Source: an uncultured Marinilabiliaceae bacterium (lineage in GTDB: Bacteria > Bacteroidota > Bacteroidia > Bacteroidales > VadinHA17). Taken from it: a stretch of DNA of 64,000 bases. The notes beneath the pieces are model-generated. The model did not search any database and was not told where the DNA came from. It saw nothing but the letters and a program-made list of their open reading frames with translations. The translations under genes were made by a program, and so were the position numbers. Location: assembly GCA_942492595.1 (NCBI GenBank), contig CALOFK010000001.1:291373-355372 (forward strand). Direction: 5' to 3'. Positions 55,805 to 64,000 of the stretch are shown here, piece after piece. How positions within the stretch are numbered: position 1 is the first letter of the stretch; each line of letters begins with the position of its first letter.

Positions 55805-56530
55805 ATGAAAATCAATATTTTTTTATTTGGACTTATATTTTTATTCTTCGCTTCCTGCAAAGTAGATGCTCCTGATCCATTTGCAGGTGATTCAGGTGTT
55901 TTGACTGATAAATAGGATGGTAATGAGTATATCTGGGTTAGGATTGGTGAGCAGGTATGGATGGCTGAGAATCTGGCTTACCTGCCGGAGGTCTATACAA
56001 GTACAGATGGGTCAGAAGATGTTGGTAAGGAGAATGACCTGTTTTATTATGTATATGGTTATTATGGGTCTGACGTTGACGAGGCCAAATCTACCGATAA
56101 TTATAGTACGTATGGAGTATTATATAACTGGAAGGCTGCCATGAGCTCCTGCCCTGCAGGATGGCACCTGCCTTCTGATGAGGAATGGATGGAACTTGAG
56201 CAGGAGTTGGGAATAACTGATGGCTTATTGGATTATAATGTATGGAGAGGAACAGATGAAGGTGGCATGCTGAAAGAAACGGGAACTTCTCATTGGGACT
56301 CTCCAAATGAAGGCGCAACGGATCTTTTTGGTTTTTCAGCCCTGCCTGGAGGATATCGGGGAGGGCCGTTTGATCATCTTGGTCAGAACAGTTTCTTTTA
56401 TACCTCTTCAGTGCACGAGGATTATTCTACAGCATTTATATCCAGAGGCTTGAGGTGTGATCTGTCGACGATATTCAGAACCTTTACAAATTGGAATCTT
56501 GGAAAGTCTGTCAGGTGTGTAAAAGATTAG
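55805..56530 (+). pseudogene. FISUMP-domain (Fibrobacter succinogenes major paralogous domain, TIGR02145-like) lipoprotein gene interrupted by an in-frame TAG
   Basis: ATG at 55805 gives MKINIFLFGLIFLFFASCKVDAPDPFAGDSGVLTDK, then TAG at 55913-55915, then in the same frame DGNEYIWVRIGEQVWMAENLAYL...YGVLYNW...CPAGWHLPSDEEW...GKSVRCVKD. Confidence 0.75.
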
Positions 56531-57521
56531 TCCTTAACACAACGTACTGATAGTCCATACTCTTTATTGTAAACGGAGCGCCAGACGTCATCTTCTGAAA
56601 GATAAAGCATTCGATACCAGGCCTCGGCCGGTGAATTTTCTGTAGATGACCAGAAGTAAGCGTGTGACCCCAGGCCAAAGAAGCCCAAGGGTCTGGGATC
56701 TGAAAAATAGAAGTTACGTGCTCCTCCCGGAAGGGCAGTAAAGCCTACGGTATTAGAGCCATGATGCTCAAGAAAATTCCAGTCAGTCAGGGTGGCTTTC
56801 AATTCCATTCCTTCATTAATGCCCCTATATCCTTCATCATCTAATGCGTAAGTGCTCATTCCAAGAGTAGTTTCAAGTGTTTGCCATTCAGTTTCAGATG
56901 CGACATGCCAGCCGTCAGGGCACAGGTTTCCCGTTTCTATGGCATACCAGTTGTATAAAGCACCGTTGATAACGCCATGATTATCTGCATCATTGTAGTG
57001 ATAACAATAAGCAGGTGTTGTTAGCTCAGACCAGTCAAGCATATCTGTCACTAAAGGAATTTCATTTCCGTTACTAAATTTTGTAGTTGCAAGGTTTTCT
57101 GCCATCCACCATTGATCTCCTATTTTAACGGTGTAATATGATTTACCATCATAGTCTGTTACTTTATCTTTTCTGGTTTGAAGTAACCGTAACGAGTTCG
57201 TTTTTTTTTAAACCATCACCGCAGTCATTTCCTGATTCAATGTTACAGTATATTACTATTTCGTGATTGTTGAGGGTTCTGTTCTGTCGAGGTGCTTCCA
57301 TCCCCAAAGTCCCACAACCAGTTATCAGGTACATTTGTGGATTCATCCGTGAATTGTAGCGGAGATCCTGTGCTGACAAATGTTTCCTCAACCGAAAAAG
57401 CTACCTCAGGTTCCACTGTGCAATCCGGACCACTGTCTTTTTTGCATGAAACGCAGAACATAAAAATACCGATAAGTACCAATAAACTTGAGAATCTAAT
57501 ATTTTCAGATATGTTTTTCAT
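56527..57521 (-). pseudogene. Lipoprotein gene with PKD-like and FISUMP domains, disrupted by two frameshifts
   Basis: Frame 1 (57521 downward): lipobox MFCVSC and PKD start FTDESTNVPDNWLWDFGDGSTSTEQNP. Frame 2: NHEIVIYCNIESGNDCGDGLKK.... Frame 3: ...KDKVTDYDGKSYYTVKIGDQWWMAENLATT...SVRCVKD. The second shift can be placed in the T9 run at 57201-57209. Confidence 0.7.
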
Positions 57522-57670
57522 GATAGATTGTATATCTCTTTATTGAAAGGAGTGTGTTTAACTGCATAAGTATTCAATATTGGGATTAAAGGTAAAAAAA
57601 TGGAAGAAATTCGCCTTATTTATAAAAAATAAGGGTCTTGAGTTAAGTTGTGCGCCCCTGCTGCAGCTTT

Positions 57671-57958
57671 CTATAATGATCCCGGAAGAAAGAGTAAGAT
57701 AATGCCGGCGACAATAAAACCGGTGTTTGAGATTAAGAAAATGATAAAGTATCTTCTGTATTTATTTCTATCTGAGATATTTTCTACTTTACCAATCATG
57801 CTATTGTAATCCTTTAGATAGAAAGGCATCTGGAAGAGGCCAATGTTTTTTATATCTGTCTCTATCATCAGGTGTTTCCTCATGGGGTAAGCAACAATCA
57901 TCGAGATAAAAAGTCCAAGAATCATTAGTGCAATTAAAACAATCTCAAATATCTCCAT
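57671..57958 (-). CDS. Small two-TM membrane protein
   Basis: 95 aa with hydrophobic helices at both ends. The start lies 7 nt downstream of the rsgA stop, so it is probably co-transcribed. Confidence 0.5.
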   Translation of the reverse strand: MEIFEIVLIALMILGLFISMIVAYPMRKHLMIETDIKNIGLFQMPFYLKDYNSMIGKVENISDRNKYRRYFIIFLISNTGFIVAGIILLFLPGSL

Positions 57959-57964
57959 AGCAGT

Positions 57965-59050
57965 TTATCTTTTACCGAGTTTCTTTATATCTTTTTTTAC
58001 ATTTTTTATCATCTTACCGAAATCCTTGTCTTTCTGTCTCCTCTCAGCCAGGCTCGATTCGTAATGATCCTTCTCTCTTTCGAGCCGCAGGAAATTATCA
58101 TAAAGTCCTCTGTCAATTTCTTCCTGGTCGACAGCCTCAATAACAGCACATCCATCTTCTGTGGTATGAGTACAATCCCCATATCTGCAATGCTGAGCAT
58201 GGTTTAGAATGCTATCAAAGGTAATATCCAATCCATCCCCCGAGTCTGCTATCCCCAGCTCCCTCATTCCGGGATTATCAATTATAATTCCTCCATCTTC
58301 GAGTACCCTCAGTTCACGATGACTTGTAATATGCCTTCCCCTGCCGCTTGCCTCTCCTATATCACCGGTGTTCATAATATCCTTTCCGGCCAGTTTATTC
58401 AGGAGGGTAGACTTACCCACCCCAGAAGATCCCATAAGGCAATATGTTAAGCCTGGTTTTATCTGCTTCCTTATAATATCTATACCCTCACCGCTAATGT
58501 TGCTAAGTGAATAGACATTTATACGTGGGATTCTATCTTTTAAAGAATTTATCATAAGGTCTTTTTTAGTACTATCTATCAGGTCTGTTTTAGTCAGAAG
58601 CACTATCGGTTCAACCCTTGCATCATGGCATATAGTAAGGTACCTTTCTATCCTGTTAATACTGAAGTCCCGGTCGACAGAAACAACTATAAAGGCATAA
58701 TCAACATTGCTTGCAATTGACTGCTTTTCACCCTGCTTGCCTGCGGCCTGTCTTTCTATAAGGCTTTTCCTGGGAAGGATGGTGTGGATAAGAACTTTGT
58801 CGTCGTCATATTCTGTGCAGCTTACCCAGTCTCCAAGCACCGGGAAATCACTTCTGCTGCTGGCAGAATATCTCAGGTTACCAAGTATCTCACCCTCCCT
58901 GTCGCCCTTTTCTGTCTTTACCAGGTATCTTTCCCTGTGCTCGGCGGCTATCCTGCCAATAATAAAACCATTACCGTCATTATTACTGTGCTGTCTTTCT
59001 ATTTCCGTGTTATAGCCAAGCTTAAATAGGTTAAGATCCTTATTTTTCAT
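57965..59050 (-). CDS. rsgA: Ribosome small-subunit-dependent GTPase A
   Basis: Circularly permuted GTPase order (LLTKTDL before GSSGVGKSTLLNKL) and a C-terminal zinc knuckle CRYGDCTHTTEDGCAV. Confidence 0.9.
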   Translation of the reverse strand: MKNKDLNLFKLGYNTEIERQHSNNDGNGFIIGRIAAEHRERYLVKTEKGDREGEILGNLRYSASSRSDFPVLGDWVSCTEYDDDKVLIHTILPRKSLIERQAAGKQGEKQSIASNVDYAFIVVSVDRDFSINRIERYLTICHDARVEPIVLLTKTDLIDSTKKDLMINSLKDRIPRINVYSLSNISGEGIDIIRKQIKPGLTYCLMGSSGVGKSTLLNKLAGKDIMNTGDIGEASGRGRHITSHRELRVLEDGGIIIDNPGMRELGIADSGDGLDITFDSILNHAQHCRYGDCTHTTEDGCAVIEAVDQEEIDRGLYDNFLRLEREKDHYESSLAERRQKDKDFGKMIKNVKKDIKKLGKR

Positions 59051-59184
59051 ACCGAAAGATAAGCAAGATAAATTACAGATCTGGCAATTTTTTTAATGCA
59101 TTGGAAGAAATTTTACCCTGCAGGCTTGAGGCCCAGTAAGTATTTACTATAAGAGAAGTAGCTACTGTGCCAGGGGAAAAGACA

Positions 59185-59236
59185 AGCGATGAGCGAGTGA
59201 ACAGTAATGGTAATGATTGGCGCTTTCTCGCTTATT
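59185..59236 (-). terminator. Imperfect hairpin built from heptamer words, a candidate terminator of the upstream minus-strand gene
   Basis: agcgatgagcgag ... cgctttctcgct arms around gtgaacagtaatggtaatgattgg. On the minus strand it is followed by gtcttttcccc. Word content resembles the 34915-35039 repeat (GCGAG..AAGCG, CCAAT.A). Confidence 0.35.
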
Positions 59237-59242
59237 ACCTAC

Positions 59243-61258
59243 TTAAAATATTATCGGATAGGTAAGCTTGACAAAGAAATTATCTGATCTTACAAGTTCG
59301 TTTTCAATTTTGAACTGATCGTGTGAGTAGATAAGATAGAGGGCTCCAAAGGGCGGTTTAAAGCGCCATCCAAGCATCCCATAGAGATAGGCCTTTTCAT
59401 TTGCTCTGCTGCTTTGACCAAATACCTTAAGCCACAGGTCTTTGGAAAAATTATAATTTATTGTGGCAACATTGATAAAAGTTGCTTCATTATCGGGATC
59501 CGGGTCGAGATTTAGCACCTGAGCTGAATAGCTTAGCGACAGGTTATCTATTGGTTTAATCCTGGCCCCTGCACTCCAGAGGTATAACTGCCTGTCATAA
59601 GATCGCCCTGTGGTAAAACCTATTGTGGCATTACTCCATTCTTCGGTGTTGTAGCCTATTGAAAACTCATGTTCATAGTTATAAAACTCTTTTTCATAAA
59701 GCTTGTATTCGTTGCCATAGGCATACTCAAAACTCAATTTATTGTTAAAGTAGAACTCAATATCAGAATCAAGGTTCCAGCTTCTTAATATGCCGGATTG
59801 ACTCCAGAAAAAGTTATTATTTGACCCCAGGTCTATATACTTAATCCAAGAATTGTTAAGCCAGAACTTATATGTGACTTCAAAATCCAGCTCCTTACGG
59901 TCGTCGTCTCTTACAAAACCTGTCTGGTTAACATTTTCTCGAAAATCTTCACCAATATTAGTGTAGCGCACATGGTAGTGATAGATATTATTCTCGCGCG
60001 AAAACCTCATAAACCATGCACTCGAATCCCAGAAATCACCGGGAGCACTTCCTACAAACTGACCTGTTATATTCCATGTCTTACCCAGGTTAAGAACATA
60101 ATCCAGGCCAATATTTCTTGTATATCCTCCATTCCAGCTTTTATCAACCATCGTAAGTCCTACCGATGATGAATTAAGTATGTCTTTTTTTACCCTTGCC
60201 ACACTCATAAACGAATTTGGTTCAGTATCTGATAATTGAGGCGATCCCACATTCAGCGCATTAAACTGGTAATCGCCTATTTTACCATTTAGCCTGGCTC
60301 CATAGGTAATATCCTGTATTCTCCTCGAATAGAAAGTCTGGATTCGGGTGTTATACATCTCGTTGCCCTCCTGGAAGAAGAGACGCTTTTCGGGATAGCT
60401 TAATTCATACCTTGTAAGATTTATCTTTACCTGGTCGGCCTCGACTGTGGCAAAATCAGGGTTATATGTGCCGTTAAGTGACACATTTGGGCTAATTTGC
60501 CACTCTGCATCAATTCCGGCATCTGCATCCACTTTTTCTTTGTTGGTTTTAAATACAGATGCATAGGGATATAAGGAGAACCTCATTTTTGATTTTGGAG
60601 TAACTATTCCTGTAAGTGCCCCTGACTGAGAAATCCGAAAATCATCACTTAAGGTACCTGACCAGTATAATGTTTCATAGTTAGATCTTAGAACCCGTCC
60701 GAAATTCAGTCCCCAGGTATCAATGTTTTTGTCATATTTAATGCTCGAAAAGGGGATTTGCATCTCGACACACCAACCTCCATCAAATTGTGAGACCTCG
60801 CTTAGCCATTCGGTATCCCAGTTGAGGTCAGTATTACGTCCGTCGTCGTTAACTTTAAAATCGATCTGCGTGCCCAGGGGATTTACAAGAAAGGCATAGC
60901 CGGTACGGTTATCATTATAGGTATCAATAAGTATTGCGGCAACATCATCATTTTTACTTAAGGCATCACGGCTTTGGTTCTTTGCTATAACAGGAGTAGT
61001 CTGGTAACACTTTATAACGGTATAAATATACCTGTCATCATAACCAAACCATGCAACCGTAGTCCCGCTTTCGGGAGCACCCGGATTTGGCTCCATCTGG
61101 ATAAAGGAAGTTGCACTATCTGCAAGCAGCCATTTCCCGGGTTCAAATACTCCGTCTATTATTATAGCTTCATCGAGCCTGTAGGCTTTTAATGATTTCT
61201 GAGAAAAGGAAGCCAGTGTAATTGTTAGCAGAATAAGTATTACGAAAGGTTTTTTCAT
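59243..61258 (-). CDS. CBM9-like / DUF5916 family outer-membrane-associated protein
   Basis: Start set at MKKPFVILILLTITLASFSQ. N-terminal IIIDGVFEPGKW...WFGYDDRYIYTVIKC resembles carbohydrate-binding family 9. The long beta-rich C-terminal part is typical of DUF5916. Confidence 0.7.
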   Translation of the reverse strand: MKKPFVILILLTITLASFSQKSLKAYRLDEAIIIDGVFEPGKWLLADSATSFIQMEPNPGAPESGTTVAWFGYDDRYIYTVIKCYQTTPVIAKNQSRDALSKNDDVAAILIDTYNDNRTGYAFLVNPLGTQIDFKVNDDGRNTDLNWDTEWLSEVSQFDGGWCVEMQIPFSSIKYDKNIDTWGLNFGRVLRSNYETLYWSGTLSDDFRISQSGALTGIVTPKSKMRFSLYPYASVFKTNKEKVDADAGIDAEWQISPNVSLNGTYNPDFATVEADQVKINLTRYELSYPEKRLFFQEGNEMYNTRIQTFYSRRIQDITYGARLNGKIGDYQFNALNVGSPQLSDTEPNSFMSVARVKKDILNSSSVGLTMVDKSWNGGYTRNIGLDYVLNLGKTWNITGQFVGSAPGDFWDSSAWFMRFSRENNIYHYHVRYTNIGEDFRENVNQTGFVRDDDRKELDFEVTYKFWLNNSWIKYIDLGSNNNFFWSQSGILRSWNLDSDIEFYFNNKLSFEYAYGNEYKLYEKEFYNYEHEFSIGYNTEEWSNATIGFTTGRSYDRQLYLWSAGARIKPIDNLSLSYSAQVLNLDPDPDNEATFINVATINYNFSKDLWLKVFGQSSRANEKAYLYGMLGWRFKPPFGALYLIYSHDQFKIENELVRSDNFFVKLTYPIIF

Positions 61259-61297
61259 AAACGCCAGGGATTTGGCCAAATATACGAAAATCGATCG

Positions 61298-64000
61298 TTA
61301 GCCAAATAATATAGGCGGACCTATAAGGCCGATGGGCGTAAGTTCCTGGTTCTTATTCTTCTCATTGGTCCAGTATTGTGCTACAGGGTTTTCTGTAAGT
61401 GATTTCATATAATTACCCATAAGGGTGCTTATCCTGATCTTTATTTTATTGGTCCCGGGCCTGAGGGCACTGCCGATCTTATATATTTTCTCCCCATACC
61501 ACCTGACCCCGCAATTAGTATCATTAATCCATACTTCGACGATATCATGAACTCCCTTGATTTCCATATAGCCGGGCAAATCACCTTCAAGATTAAGCAT
61601 TGTGGAGTAAGTGATCTTTCCGGAAAAGTACCTGTAGTTTTCAATCTCAGATAGGTCAGACAACTTATTTAGTACAATTGGATTGTATTGCTTACCCCTG
61701 CAATGGTCAAATACAAGATTCCAGCTTGCCTCTATCGTAGATGGGTTTTTTCTTTCGGCAGGCGGCATAATCATAGATGCTCCGTTTTTTTCTTTATCAA
61801 AGACAATAATAAGAGATTCTGCCGGTCCGAGCCTGAGCTTAAATGTGTCTCCTTTATCAAGACTGATCATATGTTTTTCGCCCGATTCGGGGTTCCATAT
61901 CCATGCATTTCTGCTTGAGACAATATTTTGACTGAAGCGGACAGGGGAACTAAATTCTTGATTAATATTAGAATTTGAGAAGAAGAAAATTTCACTTCCA
62001 TTATCGCCTGCGTAGCGTACCTGCATTAAATACTTATCGGGACTGGCCAGGTTAATATAGTGGGGAAGTGAATATTGTGCCATGACCTCTTTGTACCAGC
62101 TGATATAATCAGTCTCAATTGGCCTGTCCAAAAGAATAAACCTTTTGGGATACTTCTGCATTTTCTTAACAATAGCTGCTACCTGAAGATCTCTTGCCTT
62201 ATGATTTAAAAGTCCTGGTGATCTGTCGGGATAGTTATCAATACATATTAGCTTTCCGCCCGAAGTAACAAACCCGAGAAGCTTTTCAAGCACTTCCGGA
62301 CTGATACTCCTTACTCCTGGAAGGAAAATGGTGCTGTACTGCTTATTCTTATAGCACAGTTTTCCTTCTGTAGCACTGCATTTCTTAATAATAATTTCAC
62401 TTAAATAATCTGCAGAGCCACCGTTCTTACAAATTGCTTCCCAGAGAAGAGAGGTATATTCTATATTTAATTTTTCGGGGAAGGGGTCTGTTTGCACGCC
62501 CATGGTAGTCCATAAATCGTAATTTGCCGGCAATATTGCTATATCGCTGTACATATCTGCATTTTGCAGCAGGGCAGATATTCGTGCCTTGTAAATATTC
62601 AGGTATTTGAAATATGGCCACCAGTTGTTTTGTTCGTTCAGGTAGGAACCATATTGTATCCATCCGGGATAGGGGGCTTCTGGTGGTGAGTAGTTAAATC
62701 CATGCCAGACAGAGTGAGTTATTCCCGATATTATACTCTGGTCGGAGCCGTTCTTTAATCTTTCAAGTGAGGTATTAAAAACCAGGTAGGTATTGGTCAT
62801 CTCCTCACAGCTAACCACCCTGTTGCCTGAGAGATGAGCTGCCGATGAAACATATTTATTTATCATGGTATATGCTCTTCCCCGACGGTAATCATCGTCT
62901 GGCATCTCTTCACCAACCTTATGCTTCAACCAGTTGGTGGTCCACGATTCTCCCTCGGGGATATCATATCCCAGGCTGGTCTCAAGAGGAAAGAAACCTC
63001 TTCCATATGCCTGGGCGCGTGACTTTACCTTATTCTCACGGCACCAATCGAGGTAGGTGAGGGTAAATCTTTCGTAGAGCAGTTCGGCCTTGGTAAGTTC
63101 AAAGTCGAACCTGACCCTGCCGGTTTTCTCCTCTAATTCCCTGGATTTCTTAACACCATAGTTAAAGTCAACAACACCTCCCAGGCGACCTACCTTAAAC
63201 ATTATAAAGGGCAGGTAGGGCATTAGCTTATATCCTCTTCGTTTTTGAAATTCTGCTTCAAAATCAGAGGTCCAGTTACATCCCTCCAGCTCCATTGAGT
63301 CGGTAAAAAATGCCCTCAGATGTTCAGATAATGGACCCGTGCGGCTTTCAATTGTTTGCGACATATGCCCGAGGTATTTCTCTACAGCATTTTTGTCCAT
63401 ATGATTCAAAATTGGTCCCGCTGCTCCGGGAGCACCATTTATTACACTGGCAAATGATTTTACCCTTACCAGTGAGTAAAGAGCATGCTTTCCCTCGGGA
63501 ACATTAAGGCGAATAATATCATCATATGATTTATCTGATATATCAATAGCCTGCTCAACAGCTGTAAGGGGATCGGGAACCAGCTTAAGGGAAATAATCT
63601 CAAATGTGCGTCCGGGAAAGGGAACCGTAACTTTTGGGTCGACAGCTGCCAGCAGATCCTCCCGTTTTTTCTCAAAGAGGCATGGTCCATCAATATGGTC
63701 TACATTGAGTAGAATAACTTCTGCCCGTTCTTCGGGTTTAAGTGTTTCGGATCCAAAGGGCCATCCCGATCCAACAATAAGATCACAGCTTATTCCCAGC
63801 TTCTTTGCCTCTGAAAAGGTGTGTTCTAACATTTCAATCCACCCGTCGCTTAACCATCTTAAAGAAGGAATACCAAGGTCATCGCCTTCAATTCTGTGAG
63901 GAAACTCTATCGGGTTAATCTCTACTCCACCAATACCGGCTTCCTTAAGTAGCTTTAATTCTCTGGAGATCTCCTCTTTTTCAATCCTGTTACCATTCCA
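61298..64000 (-). CDS. Glycosyl hydrolase with a C-terminal galactose-binding-like domain; the 5' end lies beyond the window
   Basis: The frame stays open upstream of the listed Met (63832) to the window edge (WNGNRIEKEEISRELKLLKEAGIGGVEINPIEFP...). The C-terminus FSGKITYST...VEVWINDTNCGVRWYGEKIY resembles the sugar-binding jelly-roll of GH2/GH106-type enzymes. Confidence 0.7.
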   Translation of the reverse strand, partial: WNGNRIEKEEISRELKLLKEAGIGGVEINPIEFPHRIEGDDLGIPSLRWLSDGWIEMLEHTFSEAKKLGISCDLIVGSGWPFGSETLKPEERAEVILLNVDHIDGPCLFEKKREDLLAAVDPKVTVPFPGRTFEIISLKLVPDPLTAVEQAIDISDKSYDDIIRLNVPEGKHALYSLVRVKSFASVINGAPGAAGPILNHMDKNAVEKYLGHMSQTIESRTGPLSEHLRAFFTDSMELEGCNWTSDFEAEFQKRRGYKLMPYLPFIMFKVGRLGGVVDFNYGVKKSRELEEKTGRVRFDFELTKAELLYERFTLTYLDWCRENKVKSRAQAYGRGFFPLETSLGYDIPEGESWTTNWLKHKVGEEMPDDDYRRGRAYTMINKYVSSAAHLSGNRVVSCEEMTNTYLVFNTSLERLKNGSDQSIISGITHSVWHGFNYSPPEAPYPGWIQYGSYLNEQNNWWPYFKYLNIYKARISALLQNADMYSDIAILPANYDLWTTMGVQTDPFPEKLNIEYTSLLWEAICKNGGSADYLSEIIIKKCSATEGKLCYKNKQYSTIFLPGVRSISPEVLEKLLGFVTSGGKLICIDNYPDRSPGLLNHKARDLQVAAIVKKMQKYPKRFILLDRPIETDYISWYKEVMAQYSLPHYINLASPDKYLMQVRYAGDNGSEIFFFSNSNINQEFSSPVRFSQNIVSSRNAWIWNPESGEKHMISLDKGDTFKLRLGPAESLIIVFDKEKNGASMIMPPAERKNPSTIEASWNLVFDHCRGKQYNPIVLNKLSDLSEIENYRYFSGKITYSTMLNLEGDLPGYMEIKGVHDIVEVWINDTNCGVRWYGEKIYKIGSALRPGTNKIKIRISTLMGNYMKSLTENPVAQYWTNEKNKNQELTPIGLIGPPILFG

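Overview
The window looks like a low-GC Bacteroidota chromosomal segment. Support: TAnnTTTG -7 promoter boxes, many CarboxypepD_reg-type TonB-dependent receptors, DUF4249 and DUF3857 families, FISUMP lipoproteins, and little Shine-Dalgarno signal. Core genes are recognisable directly from the translated ORFs: aspA (with an extra N-terminal cNMP-binding domain), tyrS, efp, tsaB, class II fbaA, cysQ, rsgA, a DEAD-box helicase, an S9 peptidase, a cell-wall amidase and CvpA. Accessory content falls into five groups. (i) A Cys-rich protein / TonB-dependent receptor / HMA-domain triad (7.1-10.2 kb). (ii) A rhodanese plus split YeeE/YedE sulfur-transport cluster (11.3-14.7 kb). (iii) A TIG/Kelch, beta-barrel and WD40 operon (23.8-28.0 kb). 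(iv) Two tandem, diverged copies of a four-gene TonB-dependent outer-membrane module (37.4-51.6 kb, all minus strand). Each copy encodes an unknown leader protein, a 924-aa receptor, a DUF4249 lipoprotein and a barrel-less MG2/CarboxypepD_reg/Plug-like protein. This is the most system-like and least characterised element in the window. (v) A gene-decay tract (about 51.8-57.5 kb) lying immediately downstream of tRNA-Gln(UUG). A 22-nt copy of the tRNA 3' end is followed by four consecutive disrupted genes: a DUF3857/transglutaminase wreck, a frameshifted gene, a FISUMP gene with an in-frame TAG, and a PKD-FISUMP gene with two frameshifts, one of which may lie in a T9 tract. Several intergenic regions carry short arrays built from tandem heptamers, including a 52-nt unit present twice in the TolC/fbaA divergent region. 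I saw no rRNA, no CRISPR array, and no intact integrase or transposase. All domain and family names come from by-eye motif recognition and need HMM or BLAST confirmation.
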